A DNA stretch of 64,000 nt, from contig CAZVVW010000002.1 in assembly GCA_964630685.1 (NCBI GenBank), positions 25,559-89,558 on the forward strand, in the 5' to 3' direction. Of the stretch, positions 42,332 to 52,109 are shown in pieces. Source of the DNA: an uncultured Methanosarcinales archaeon. Lineage in GTDB: Archaea > Nanobdellota > Nanobdellia > Woesearchaeales > BS150m-G63. How positions within the stretch are numbered: the first letter of the stretch is position 1; each line of letters opens with the position of its first letter. A model generated the notes under the pieces. The model was not told the DNA's origin. It saw only the letters and a program-made list of their open reading frames with translations, and did no database searches. Made by a program: the position numbers and the translations under genes.

Positions 42332-42460
42332 TGGGCCGGACGAGATTTGAACTCGCGACCACTTGATTTCTTGATGTCATATTGCTTGACACTTAAAAGT
42401 CAAGTGCTCTATTGCCCACATTTGGCAATTAAATGCTGTTCCAGGCTGAGCTACCGGCCC
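42332..42460 (-). tRNA. tRNA-Lys (anticodon TTT) with two introns: ~29 nt in the D-loop and ~26 nt in the anticodon loop
   Basis: Minus-strand parse: GGGCCGG-TA-GCTC-AGCCTGG[AACAGCATTTAATTGCCAAATGTGGGCAA]TA-GAGC-A-CTTGA-CTTTTA[intron]A-TCAAG-TGGTC-GCGAG-TTCAAAT-CTCGT-CCGGCCC-A. Confidence 0.75.
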
Positions 42461-42463
42461 AAA

Positions 42464-42584
42464 CGCCCTGGCCGGGACTTTCAATCCTTAGCCATTTGGG
42501 TTAACAAAGGCTAAATAAGGCTTTTTGAACCCGGGTCGAAGCCTCGACAGGGCTTCATGATAGGCCGAACTACACTACCAGGGC
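42464..42584 (-). tRNA. tRNA-Asp (anticodon GTC) with a ~46-nt intron inside the T-loop
   Basis: Minus-strand parse: GCCCTGG-TA-GTGTAGTTCGGCCTATCA-anticodon arm AAGCC-CTGTCGA-GGCTT-T-stem CCGGG-TTCAAA[intron]T-CCCGG-CCAGGGC-G. It lies 3 nt upstream of tRNA-Lys. Confidence 0.75.
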
Positions 42585-42768
42585 ATTGTCTCAATGCAAC
42601 CAGAATAATCCTCTTTTGGCTCATAGGAGCGTTTTTAGACCTTAAATTTTGTCTAGAAGGATTATTTAGGCATGCGGTATTGAAATCTTTAAGGGTTTAT
42701 AAAGCTATCGTAAATAAATAGAGAATAAGGAAAAAACAAAGAAAAACAAGAAAAAAGAAATAAAAGAA

Positions 42769-42874
42769 TCCCCGCTGCCGGATTGGAGACCTACAGTTTC
42801 GGCTGAATAGGCTTCGAGAAGCGATATAAATCAACATAGTTGATTTAATCCCTTTGTACTCTTTTTGATTAATT
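42769..42874. repeat. Repeat copy B carrying an exact 16-nt duplicate of the tRNA-Tyr 3' end (tccccgctgccggatt)
   Basis: 42769..42784 is identical to 42898..42913. The remainder matches copy A's flanks, including the TTTATATCGCTT box and the taaatcaa-N5-ttgattta hairpin. Confidence 0.7.
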
Positions 42875-42897
42875 GCTTTGATTGAAAAGAAAAATGA

Positions 42898-43019
42898 TCC
42901 CCGCTGCCGGATTTGAACCAGCAACCTTTCGGTTACGGCTGATTGTTTTTCATTCTTAGCGGATATGCATAGTCCAACAATCTCTACAGCCGAACGCTCT
43001 ACCGTTGAGCTAAGCGGGG
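42898..43019 (-). tRNA. tRNA-Tyr (anticodon GTA) with a ~50-nt intron at the canonical 37/38 position
   Basis: Minus-strand parse: CCCCGCT-TA-GCTC-AACGGTA-GAGC-G-TTCGG-CTGTAG[intron]A-CCGAA-AGGTT-GCTGG-TTCAAAT-CCGGC-AGCGGGG-A. Confidence 0.75.
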
Positions 43020-43046
43020 ATAAGATTGGAGAAAAGGGCTTTACTT

Positions 43047-43559
43047 TTAAATATTTCTGATTTTATTGAATATTAGTTTAACAGATTCTTCTGGATTAAG
43101 TTTATTAGAATCTATAGTTATCAAAGGATTTTCTTCTTTTTTATATGGAGCATTGATTCCTGGAAGAGATATTTCACCTTGCTTTGCCCTGAGATATAGA
43201 TTATGGATTCCTGGCTCATTGATTCTCTTGTTCTCTCTTTCTTCACAAATTTTTATCGGACAATCTATCTGAATCACAAAAAAATCTCGAATTAGTTCTT
43301 TTGCTTTTTTTCTACCTACCTGCAGATTATCTGTTGCATCAATGATTATATTCTGCTCTTGGGATAGTTCTGCTGCCTTTTTTGCTAATTTAGTGTAAAC
43401 AAAAATTCTTTCTTGTTCATCATATTTTGGCTCTGAAACTATTTCTTTTCTGAATTTGTCGAGGTGAAGAACTTGAGCATTTATTTTTTCAGCTAAAAAT
43501 TTTGCAATCGTACTTTTTCCAGAACCGGGGAGCCCAGTTATCCAAATTGCGAAGAACAT
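43047..43559 (-). CDS. Adenylyl-sulfate (APS) kinase-like P-loop kinase
   Basis: IWITGLPGSGKST P-loop. The C-terminal ICEEREN...LYLRAKQGEISLPGINAPYKKEENPLITID is co-linear with the CysC ICEARD..GLYKKARAGEL.NFTGID. Confidence 0.55.
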   Translation of the reverse strand: MFFAIWITGLPGSGKSTIAKFLAEKINAQVLHLDKFRKEIVSEPKYDEQERIFVYTKLAKKAAELSQEQNIIIDATDNLQVGRKKAKELIRDFFVIQIDCPIKICEERENKRINEPGIHNLYLRAKQGEISLPGINAPYKKEENPLITIDSNKLNPEESVKLIFNKIRNI

Positions 43560-44635
43560 TCTAAGTATTTTTCTATTTTGTCTAAATTAAATTGTTTATC
43601 TTTTAATATCGCGTGTGAAAAATTGAATAACTTTCTTCTTAATTCATTTGGATTATGTTTGTATCCAATATCTTTGAACCATTTATCTGGATAAAAAATA
43701 GGATTTGCAACTACAATGGCTCTAAAAGTGAAAAAAGGTTGAATTATTTCCATCATTTCTTTATCTTTTGTTTTATCTAAGTATGTTTTGAAGAAAATGT
43801 CAAATAATTCTTTGAACTCTGCCCTAAAACAGTTATATTTTACTAATGACCAAAATATAAAATTTATTGCTAATGCTGTTAGGTCGTCTGCGGCTTCACC
43901 ATACTCCCCCCTGCTTCTATCGAGCACTATAAAATCTGTTTTATTTTTATCTTTGAATAAGATGTTGAATGGATGAAAATCTCCATGTACTTGACATAAC
44001 CGATGAGTTTTTGCTTTGATTATTGGCCAAAAGTTTAATGCTTCTTTTACCAATCTTGTAATTTCTTCTTGATTCGCAAAACTCTTTTCAGGATAACCGT
44101 CGAGAACCCCCATTATATATTCTCCATGACTCACGAGATCTCTCGCCCTTCTTTTGTACAAGAGCGGAGAGTCTTTCTTTTTTGAATGGATGTCTGTTAA
44201 ATATTCGGCCATTGCTTTCACTCTTTTTTTATCTAGCTCTGTGATGCCTTTTTTGAGAATTTCATTCAAATCGTGATTATATTCTTTTCCTTTTGCTTCT
44301 TCAACTAATATATAATACTCTTCTGCATCACCCATAGAAATTAGGTTTTTATTTTTGTCTACACCTAATACATCAAAAGATTCTATATGATTAGGAAGTT
44401 TACAATATGCCTTGTTTTCCCATAATAAAATTCCTGCAATATCTGTCGGGTGTTCGTGACCGAATGCACCAAGCGCCATTGTTTTTAATACGAGCCTTTT
44501 GTGTTCTTTTTCTGTATTGAAATCTATAATGTACGCAGTTCCATAAACTCCTTTCCCTAATTGCTTGAATTCATTTATCTCTACTTGAGAGCTGAATTTT
44601 TTTTCAAGGTATTTTTTTAGTTTTTCTCGGTTCAT
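43538..44635 (-). CDS. Protein-kinase-like phosphotransferase (APH/ChoK family)
   Basis: HGDFHPFNILF catalytic loop and DRSRGEYGEAADDL activation segment. The 22-nt overlap with the APS-kinase-like gene suggests an operon. Confidence 0.55.
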   Translation of the reverse strand: MNREKLKKYLEKKFSSQVEINEFKQLGKGVYGTAYIIDFNTEKEHKRLVLKTMALGAFGHEHPTDIAGILLWENKAYCKLPNHIESFDVLGVDKNKNLISMGDAEEYYILVEEAKGKEYNHDLNEILKKGITELDKKRVKAMAEYLTDIHSKKKDSPLLYKRRARDLVSHGEYIMGVLDGYPEKSFANQEEITRLVKEALNFWPIIKAKTHRLCQVHGDFHPFNILFKDKNKTDFIVLDRSRGEYGEAADDLTALAINFIFWSLVKYNCFRAEFKELFDIFFKTYLDKTKDKEMMEIIQPFFTFRAIVVANPIFYPDKWFKDIGYKHNPNELRRKLFNFSHAILKDKQFNLDKIEKYLECSSQFG

Positions 44636-44641
44636 AGAATT

Positions 44642-45172
44642 CTATAATCTTGATTTAACAGCCTTATCTGATATTATTGCAGAATTTCCACTTGGATCTT
44701 CCATGGTTAATTTAATTTTTTCCTGGCCGAAAAGGATTTTATTAAGTTTTTTAATTAGTTTTATTGCTTTTATCTTATCTGATTTTTCATCTGCAGATTC
44801 TTTAGTTTGTTGAATTACATCTTTTATTTTATTAAGAACTCCTTCTATGTTACTAATATAACCTTGCGATGCAGGCCCAGGAGTTATTGTCATAATTCTT
44901 GGTAACTTGATGGTTGCTTGACTTGATTTAATTAATCTTACATTTAAGTCTTCTTCTGAACTAATTTCAAAAACATATTTAGAAGGTTCTTTTTGTTCTG
45001 CTGATTCTATATCTGCTTTTTTATATTTGCAATTAGAACATTCCATTGAAAATAGAAATGCAGTTCCAAAAAAAGGAATATCCATTTCACTTTCCATTAA
45101 TGTCAAATTGTTAGTTTGACACATAGGACAAGGTTGTTTTTCTAATTTTTCTATTGATTTTTCTTCCCCCAT
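44642..45172 (-). CDS. ZPR1-type zinc finger domain protein
   Basis: CPMC...(30 aa)...CSNC zinc ribbon followed by a ZPR1 beta-domain. 176 aa, typical of archaeal ZPR1. Confidence 0.6.
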   Translation of the reverse strand: MGEEKSIEKLEKQPCPMCQTNNLTLMESEMDIPFFGTAFLFSMECSNCKYKKADIESAEQKEPSKYVFEISSEEDLNVRLIKSSQATIKLPRIMTITPGPASQGYISNIEGVLNKIKDVIQQTKESADEKSDKIKAIKLIKKLNKILFGQEKIKLTMEDPSGNSAIISDKAVKSRL

Positions 45173-45224
45173 ATCTATTAGATAGATTTTATCTTATTAT
45201 ATACTTTTTGGTTTTTTGTTATAA

Positions 45225-45473
45225 CTATTTAAGGGAATATTTTGCATCAATTATTTTTGGAGATTTTTTCTTTTTTCCTTTTTTATGATTCTTTTTTTTA
45301 AATTTCCTTTTTATGTAAAAATAAATTAATGGGATGGTTATTAATACAATAATTATTGGGAGAAAGAAGAAGATTAATCTAAAAATTAAAACAATCATTG
45401 CTATGAAAATGAAAAATATTGCAATGATGAAAAATAAGGATTTCCAACCAAACATATAAAGTTTTTTTATCAT
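45225..45473 (-). CDS. Small hydrophobic membrane protein (82 aa) with a basic tail
   Basis: Two predicted TM helices and a KKKNHKKGKKKKSPK tail. Confidence 0.35.
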   Translation of the reverse strand: MIKKLYMFGWKSLFFIIAIFFIFIAMIVLIFRLIFFFLPIIIVLITIPLIYFYIKRKFKKKNHKKGKKKKSPKIIDAKYSLK

Positions 45474-45594
45474 TTAAAAGATTATATTTTTTTAGTTTAT
45501 AAAGGTATCTTGTTGAAAATTACTACTGGCTGAAACCTCTAAATTTGGCCATTACAGCGCCTGTAGTCACAAATTATAATCGAAAGATTTATAA

Positions 45595-47529
<1,935 letters not shown>

Positions 47530-47605
47530 TTAAGTTAAGATTAACCTAATTAATGCTATATCTCTACGAAAGTTTTTTAAATGCTTTCAATTCCCCTAAC
47601 TAAAC

Positions 47606-48361
47606 ATGGCTAAAGTAAGAAAAAAAGTATTAAAAACAAAGAAAAAGTTTTGGTTTAAAATAGTTGCACCTAAAATTTTTGGTGAAAGAATTATTGGAGA
47701 ATCTTATGTTACTGAATCAAGTTTAATTAAAGGTAAATATGTTTCTGTTAATTTAAGAGAATTAGCAGATAAAGTAGGTAGACAAAATATTCAAGTTAAT
47801 TTTAAAGTTAATGAAGTTAAAGACAATAAAGCATATTGTAAGGTTTTGGGTTACGAGTTTTTGCCATCTTCTGTTAAAAGATTATCATCTAAAAATAAAT
47901 CTAAAATAAATGATTCTTTTGTTTACAAAACTGCTGATAATAAATTAGCAAGATTAAAAGTCGTATTAGTTACATTAAATAAAGTAAGTAAATCTATTTT
48001 AACTAGTATAAGAAAAGAATCAAAACAAATTTTAGAAGAAAAAGTTAGTTCAATGAGTTATGAATCATTGATTGAAAATTTAATTCGTTATAATTTACAA
48101 CCTTTTTTGAAAAAAGGACTAAAAAAAGTTTATCCTGTCAGGTTATGTGAAGTTAGGAGTGTAAGTTTAGAAATGGATAAACGTGCTAGACGTGTTTCTG
48201 AAGAAGAGATTTCCAAAGAAGAATCTAAAAAAGAAGAGAAAAAATCTCTTCAAGACTCTGGAAAGCAGAGCCAAGAAGAGAAATCAGAAGAGAAAGAAAT
48301 AGTAGAGAAAAAGAAAACAAAAAAAATTAATACAAAAACAAAAAAAACTAAGAAAGAATAA
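47606..48361 (+). CDS. rps3ae: Ribosomal protein S3Ae (S1e) with a K/E-rich C-terminal tail
   Basis: The N-terminal KKKFWFKIVAPKIFGERIIGE motif is characteristic of S3Ae. Confidence 0.75.
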   Translation: MAKVRKKVLKTKKKFWFKIVAPKIFGERIIGESYVTESSLIKGKYVSVNLRELADKVGRQNIQVNFKVNEVKDNKAYCKVLGYEFLPSSVKRLSSKNKSKINDSFVYKTADNKLARLKVVLVTLNKVSKSILTSIRKESKQILEEKVSSMSYESLIENLIRYNLQPFLKKGLKKVYPVRLCEVRSVSLEMDKRARRVSEEEISKEESKKEEKKSLQDSGKQSQEEKSEEKEIVEKKKTKKINTKTKKTKKE

Positions 48362-48363
48362 AA

Positions 48364-48948
48364 ATGGGATTCTATCAATATTTAAAACAAATGTGGAAAA
48401 AACCTAAACAAGGTTTAGGCGATGCTTGGAAAGAAAGATTGATAGAATGGAGAAGACAAGGTTCTTTTGTTAAATTAGATAAACCAACTAGATTAGATAA
48501 GGCAAGAGGTTTAGGTTATAGAGCTAAACAAGGAATTATAATTATAAGGTCAAGAGTTCCAAGGGGAGGTAAGAAAAGATCAACTATTGGACGAAGAGGA
48601 AGAAGGCCAAAAAGATTTGGTCACAGACTTGTTTTAAGTAAAAATTATCAACGGGTTGCCGAAGAAAGAACTGCTAAAAAATATAAAAATTTAGAAGTGC
48701 TTAATAGTTATTATGTTATTAAAGATGGAAATTATATCTGGTTTGAGGTTATAATGATTGACTGGGCACATCCAGTTATTAGGAAGGATAAAAAATTAAA
48801 ATGGATTATTAATAAACCTGGAAGAGCATTCAAAGGTTTAACATCTTCAGGTAGAAAATCTAGGGGTTTAAAGCACAAAGGTAAAGGTGCTGAAAAATTA
48901 AGACCTAGTAGAAATTCTCATATTAAAAGAAAGTTGGCTAAAAAATAA
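48364..48948 (+). CDS. rpl15e: Ribosomal protein L15e
   Basis: MGFYQYLKQMWKK...DKARGLGYRAKQGIIIIRSRVPRGG matches L15e. Confidence 0.85.
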   Translation: MGFYQYLKQMWKKPKQGLGDAWKERLIEWRRQGSFVKLDKPTRLDKARGLGYRAKQGIIIIRSRVPRGGKKRSTIGRRGRRPKRFGHRLVLSKNYQRVAEERTAKKYKNLEVLNSYYVIKDGNYIWFEVIMIDWAHPVIRKDKKLKWIINKPGRAFKGLTSSGRKSRGLKHKGKGAEKLRPSRNSHIKRKLAKK

Positions 48949-49004
48949 AATAAACTTTTTGATTTCTAAATTTAAAAATAGATATGTTTAAATATTTGTT
49001 TTAA

Positions 49005-49991
49005 TTGATTCTTTTTATGGGTGATGAAATAGATAAAGAGGGAATGTATGAAGTTCTTTTGAGTTTTCCTAAACAGATAGAGAAAGCTATGAAACTTGGT
49101 AAGAATATTAATATTAAAGATGTTGATAAGATTGTTGTTGCTGGAATGGGTGGTTCTGGAATGGGTGGGGAGATTCTGAAAGATTATCTTGAGCTTAAAA
49201 TTCCTATTTTTGTAAATAAACATTATGGATTGCCAGAGTTTGTCAATTCTCATACATTAGTTTTTGTGGTTTCTTATTCTGGAAATACAGAGGAAACAAT
49301 TTCTGCTTATAGAGCTGCTTTGCGTAAGGGGTGTAAAATAGTTGCGATTACATCTGGAGGAAAATTGGAAGGGTTGTGCGAACAACAAGGTAAATTTTGT
49401 GTTAAGGTTCCGTCTGGAATACAGCCAAGAGCTTCTTTAGGTTATTTATTTTTTCCAATGCTTAATGTGTTAAGTGGTTCTGGTTTAATTGATGATCAAA
49501 ATGAGTATGTTAAAGGATTAGTGAAGGTATTGAAAAAAGAAGTTTTTAGGGAAAAAGGGAAAAAATTAGCTAAAAGAATGGCTGATAAAGTTCCTTTGAT
49601 ATATGCTTCTGATAGGTTTAAGTCTGTTGTTTATAGATGGAAATGTGAGCTTAATGAAAATGCTAAGGTTCATGCTTTTTATAATATTATTCCAGAGATG
49701 AATCATAATGAGATGGTTGGGTTTACTAGCTTGAAGGGTTATTATTATGCTGTGATTATTAAAGATGAATCTGACTTGCCTCAAGTTAGGAAAAGGATGG
49801 ATCTTACTAAAGAAATTATTAGGAAGTCAGGAGTGGATGTGATTGAGATTGGAATCACTGGCGGTTGTTTGTTAACTAAATTATTTTCTGCTATTTATAT
49901 TGGTGACTGGGCTAGTTATTATCTTGCTTTAGAGTACGAGACAGACCCAAGTCCTGTTGATGTTATTGAAGAGTTTAAGAAAAGATTGTAA
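49005..49991 (+). CDS. Bifunctional phosphoglucose/phosphomannose isomerase (SIS domain)
   Basis: Two SIS-like halves (VVAGMGGSGMGGE and VSYSGNTEET), about 330 aa. Confidence 0.65.
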   Translation: MILFMGDEIDKEGMYEVLLSFPKQIEKAMKLGKNINIKDVDKIVVAGMGGSGMGGEILKDYLELKIPIFVNKHYGLPEFVNSHTLVFVVSYSGNTEETISAYRAALRKGCKIVAITSGGKLEGLCEQQGKFCVKVPSGIQPRASLGYLFFPMLNVLSGSGLIDDQNEYVKGLVKVLKKEVFREKGKKLAKRMADKVPLIYASDRFKSVVYRWKCELNENAKVHAFYNIIPEMNHNEMVGFTSLKGYYYAVIIKDESDLPQVRKRMDLTKEIIRKSGVDVIEIGITGGCLLTKLFSAIYIGDWASYYLALEYETDPSPVDVIEEFKKRL

Positions 49992-50012
49992 GAATTATTG
50001 GAGGTGATTACT

Positions 50013-50063
50013 ATGGGATGTTGCGGATGTGGATCTGATAAAGAAAAAAAAGGTAAAAAATAA
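50013..50063 (+). CDS. Tiny Cys-rich peptide MGCCGCGSDKEKKGKK with a strong Shine-Dalgarno (speculative)
   Basis: GGAGGTGA lies 5 nt upstream of the ATG. The peptide is 16 aa. Confidence 0.2.
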   Translation: MGCCGCGSDKEKKGKK

Positions 50064-50082
50064 AAAAATAATTAAAAAATGA

Positions 50083-50883
50083 TTATGCTAATTCAGCTAT
50101 TATTTTAGCACCTAGTTTGGATGTTAAGTTGTTTTTATCTTTTTCTGGATTTATTTCAACTAGGTCAATTATCTTTATGTTTTTTAAGTTTTTAATTCTA
50201 TGAAGAATATATAAAAATTGTCTGGGTGTGAGTCCTGCTGGTTCTGGGTAACCTGTTCCAGGGGCAAAAGCAGGATCAATTACATCAATATCAATTGAGA
50301 TGTAGAGTGGTGAGAACTTTTTTGCTATGTACATTATTGAATCTGTAATGTCATGTAGATTTTCTTGGGTCAAATCTTTCATTGGAAAATATCTTATTTT
50401 ATTCTTTTTTAGAAATTCATATTCATCTTTGTGCCAGTTTCTTAAACCAACTAGGATTAGGTTTTCTTTTTTTAAGTGGTTTTTGTTTATGAGCACTTTG
50501 ACAAAATCTTCATGGGTTGGAGGTTCAAAGTCTTGCATGCAATCTGGATGTGCATCAAAGATTAGAAGTCCAGGGTTTGAAGTGTTTGAATTTTTAGAAT
50601 CTGAAATTGCTTTGAATGCTGAATAAGTAATTGAATGGTCTCCCCCTAAAATAATTGTTTTTTGGTTTGTAAGATTTTCTTTTACTTTTTTAGTGATTAC
50701 TTTATTTGTTTCTTCAATATTGGATTGATTGATTTTTACTTCTTCTGCATGGATAACTGGAAGTGTGCCTGATTCATTTAAGTAAAACTCTTTCAAGTGT
50801 TTTAAAATTTTATCTGGAGCAAGTTCTGTTCCTTTGGTTTTACCTAATCCCCCTGCAGAAAAAGGAATTTTTAGAAGTTTCAT
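50083..50883 (-). CDS. Arginase/agmatinase-family ureohydrolase
   Basis: Mn-binding motifs GGDHSIT, DAHPD, SIDIDVIDP. Confidence 0.75.
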   Translation of the reverse strand: MKLLKIPFSAGGLGKTKGTELAPDKILKHLKEFYLNESGTLPVIHAEEVKINQSNIEETNKVITKKVKENLTNQKTIILGGDHSITYSAFKAISDSKNSNTSNPGLLIFDAHPDCMQDFEPPTHEDFVKVLINKNHLKKENLILVGLRNWHKDEYEFLKKNKIRYFPMKDLTQENLHDITDSIMYIAKKFSPLYISIDIDVIDPAFAPGTGYPEPAGLTPRQFLYILHRIKNLKNIKIIDLVEINPEKDKNNLTSKLGAKIIAELA

Positions 50884-52106
50884 TTTTTAATTAATCTAAT
50901 CTCATCAATTCTTTGTTGTTCTGTTTTTTCTATGATTGCTATGGCTTTATTGAGGTTAATCCTTTCTCCTTTCTTAGGAATTCTTCCTAAGGTATCTAGA
51001 ATTAATCCTCCAATTGTTGTTGATTCTTCTAGTTCCTTTAAATGTAACTTTAGTTTTCTATTAACTAAATCAAGTTCTGTACTTCCTTTTACTAGGAAAG
51101 TTTTGTTGTCTATTTTTCTTATGGGCCTTTCAATTATATCATCTTCATCATAGATTTCTCCAATTATTTCTTCTAATAAATCTTCAAGAGTTACTACGCC
51201 TTCTATCCCTCCATATTCATCAACTACAATTGCCATGTGATTTTTCCTATTTTGAAATTCCTTTAGTAGATTGTCTATTCTTTTATTTCTTGGAATGAAG
51301 AATGCTGGACGAATTATCTCATTAAGTTTTATTCTTGGTTTTTTATGATTTATGTAAGGTAAGAGATCTTTTACATATAAAATTCCTTTAATATTATCTA
51401 TCATGTCTTCATAAACTGGAATTCTTGAAAATCCAGTATTTTTTATTGTTGATATGACTTCTTTTATTTCTGTTTTGATATCTAATGCTAAAATCTCAGT
51501 TCTTGGAGTCATTACTTCCCATGCATCAATATCATTAAAAGTAAAAATGTTGTGAATCATTTCTTTTTCTACTTTTTCGATTGCGCCTTCTTCTTCACCC
51601 ATAGTAATCAAGGTTTTGATTTCTTCTTCTGTAACTTTTTCATCTTTTCCCCCTTTGGTGATTAAATGAGTAATACCATCAAAGAATTTAATTAAAGGAG
51701 TTATAATAATTCCAATTATATAAATTGGCTTAGCTACACTTAATGCAATAGATTCTGCATTTCTTGTTGCTAGTGTTTTAGGAATTATTTCTCCAAAAGT
51801 TAGCACAAGAAAAGTCATAACTCCTGTTGCTATTCCTACACCATAACTTCCGAATAATTTAATCGATACTGCTGTTGCAAAAGACGCTGCAAAAATATTT
51901 ACAATATTGTTTGCGATAGCAATATTAATTAACAATCTGTGAGGGTCTTTTTTTAATCTAGCTATTGTGCCTGCCCCTTTTCTTCTTTTTTCTAATAAAT
52001 GACGCACATCTAATTTGTTTAATGAAATTAGTGCTATCTCACTGCTTGAAAAAAAAGCTGACAAGAACAGCATTATTATCAAAATTAGTAGATCTATTAA
52101 GTACAT
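50880..52106 (-). CDS. CNNM/CorC-family membrane protein (DUF21 TM domain, CBS pair, CorC_HlyC C-terminus)
   Basis: Four N-terminal TM helices, tandem CBS motifs, a C-terminal transporter-associated domain. Confidence 0.75.
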   Translation of the reverse strand: MYLIDLLILIIMLFLSAFFSSSEIALISLNKLDVRHLLEKRRKGAGTIARLKKDPHRLLINIAIANNIVNIFAASFATAVSIKLFGSYGVGIATGVMTFLVLTFGEIIPKTLATRNAESIALSVAKPIYIIGIIITPLIKFFDGITHLITKGGKDEKVTEEEIKTLITMGEEEGAIEKVEKEMIHNIFTFNDIDAWEVMTPRTEILALDIKTEIKEVISTIKNTGFSRIPVYEDMIDNIKGILYVKDLLPYINHKKPRIKLNEIIRPAFFIPRNKRIDNLLKEFQNRKNHMAIVVDEYGGIEGVVTLEDLLEEIIGEIYDEDDIIERPIRKIDNKTFLVKGSTELDLVNRKLKLHLKELEESTTIGGLILDTLGRIPKKGERINLNKAIAIIEKTEQQRIDEIRLIKK

Positions 52107-52109
52107 TGC

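Noticed and set aside
42332-42460. Possible suppressor tRNA with anticodon TTA and an 8-nt loop
   Set aside because: That parse leaves a 28-nt gap before the T-arm. Placing a 26-nt intron at 37/38 gives a canonical 7-nt loop CTTTTAA, anticodon TTT (Lys), and a 5-nt variable loop. All long ORFs in the window also end at standard stops.
42311-42514. 67-aa ORF in the tRNA region
   Set aside because: It overlaps the tRNA-Lys and tRNA-Asp genes on the other strand. The GC-rich tRNA sequence happens to lack stops.
42769-42874. Copy B as a complete or split tRNA gene
   Set aside because: Only the terminal 16 nt (part of T-stem plus acceptor 3' strand) match a tRNA. No matching 5' acceptor strand, D-arm or T-arm 5' strand can be found, so it is a partial duplication, not a gene.
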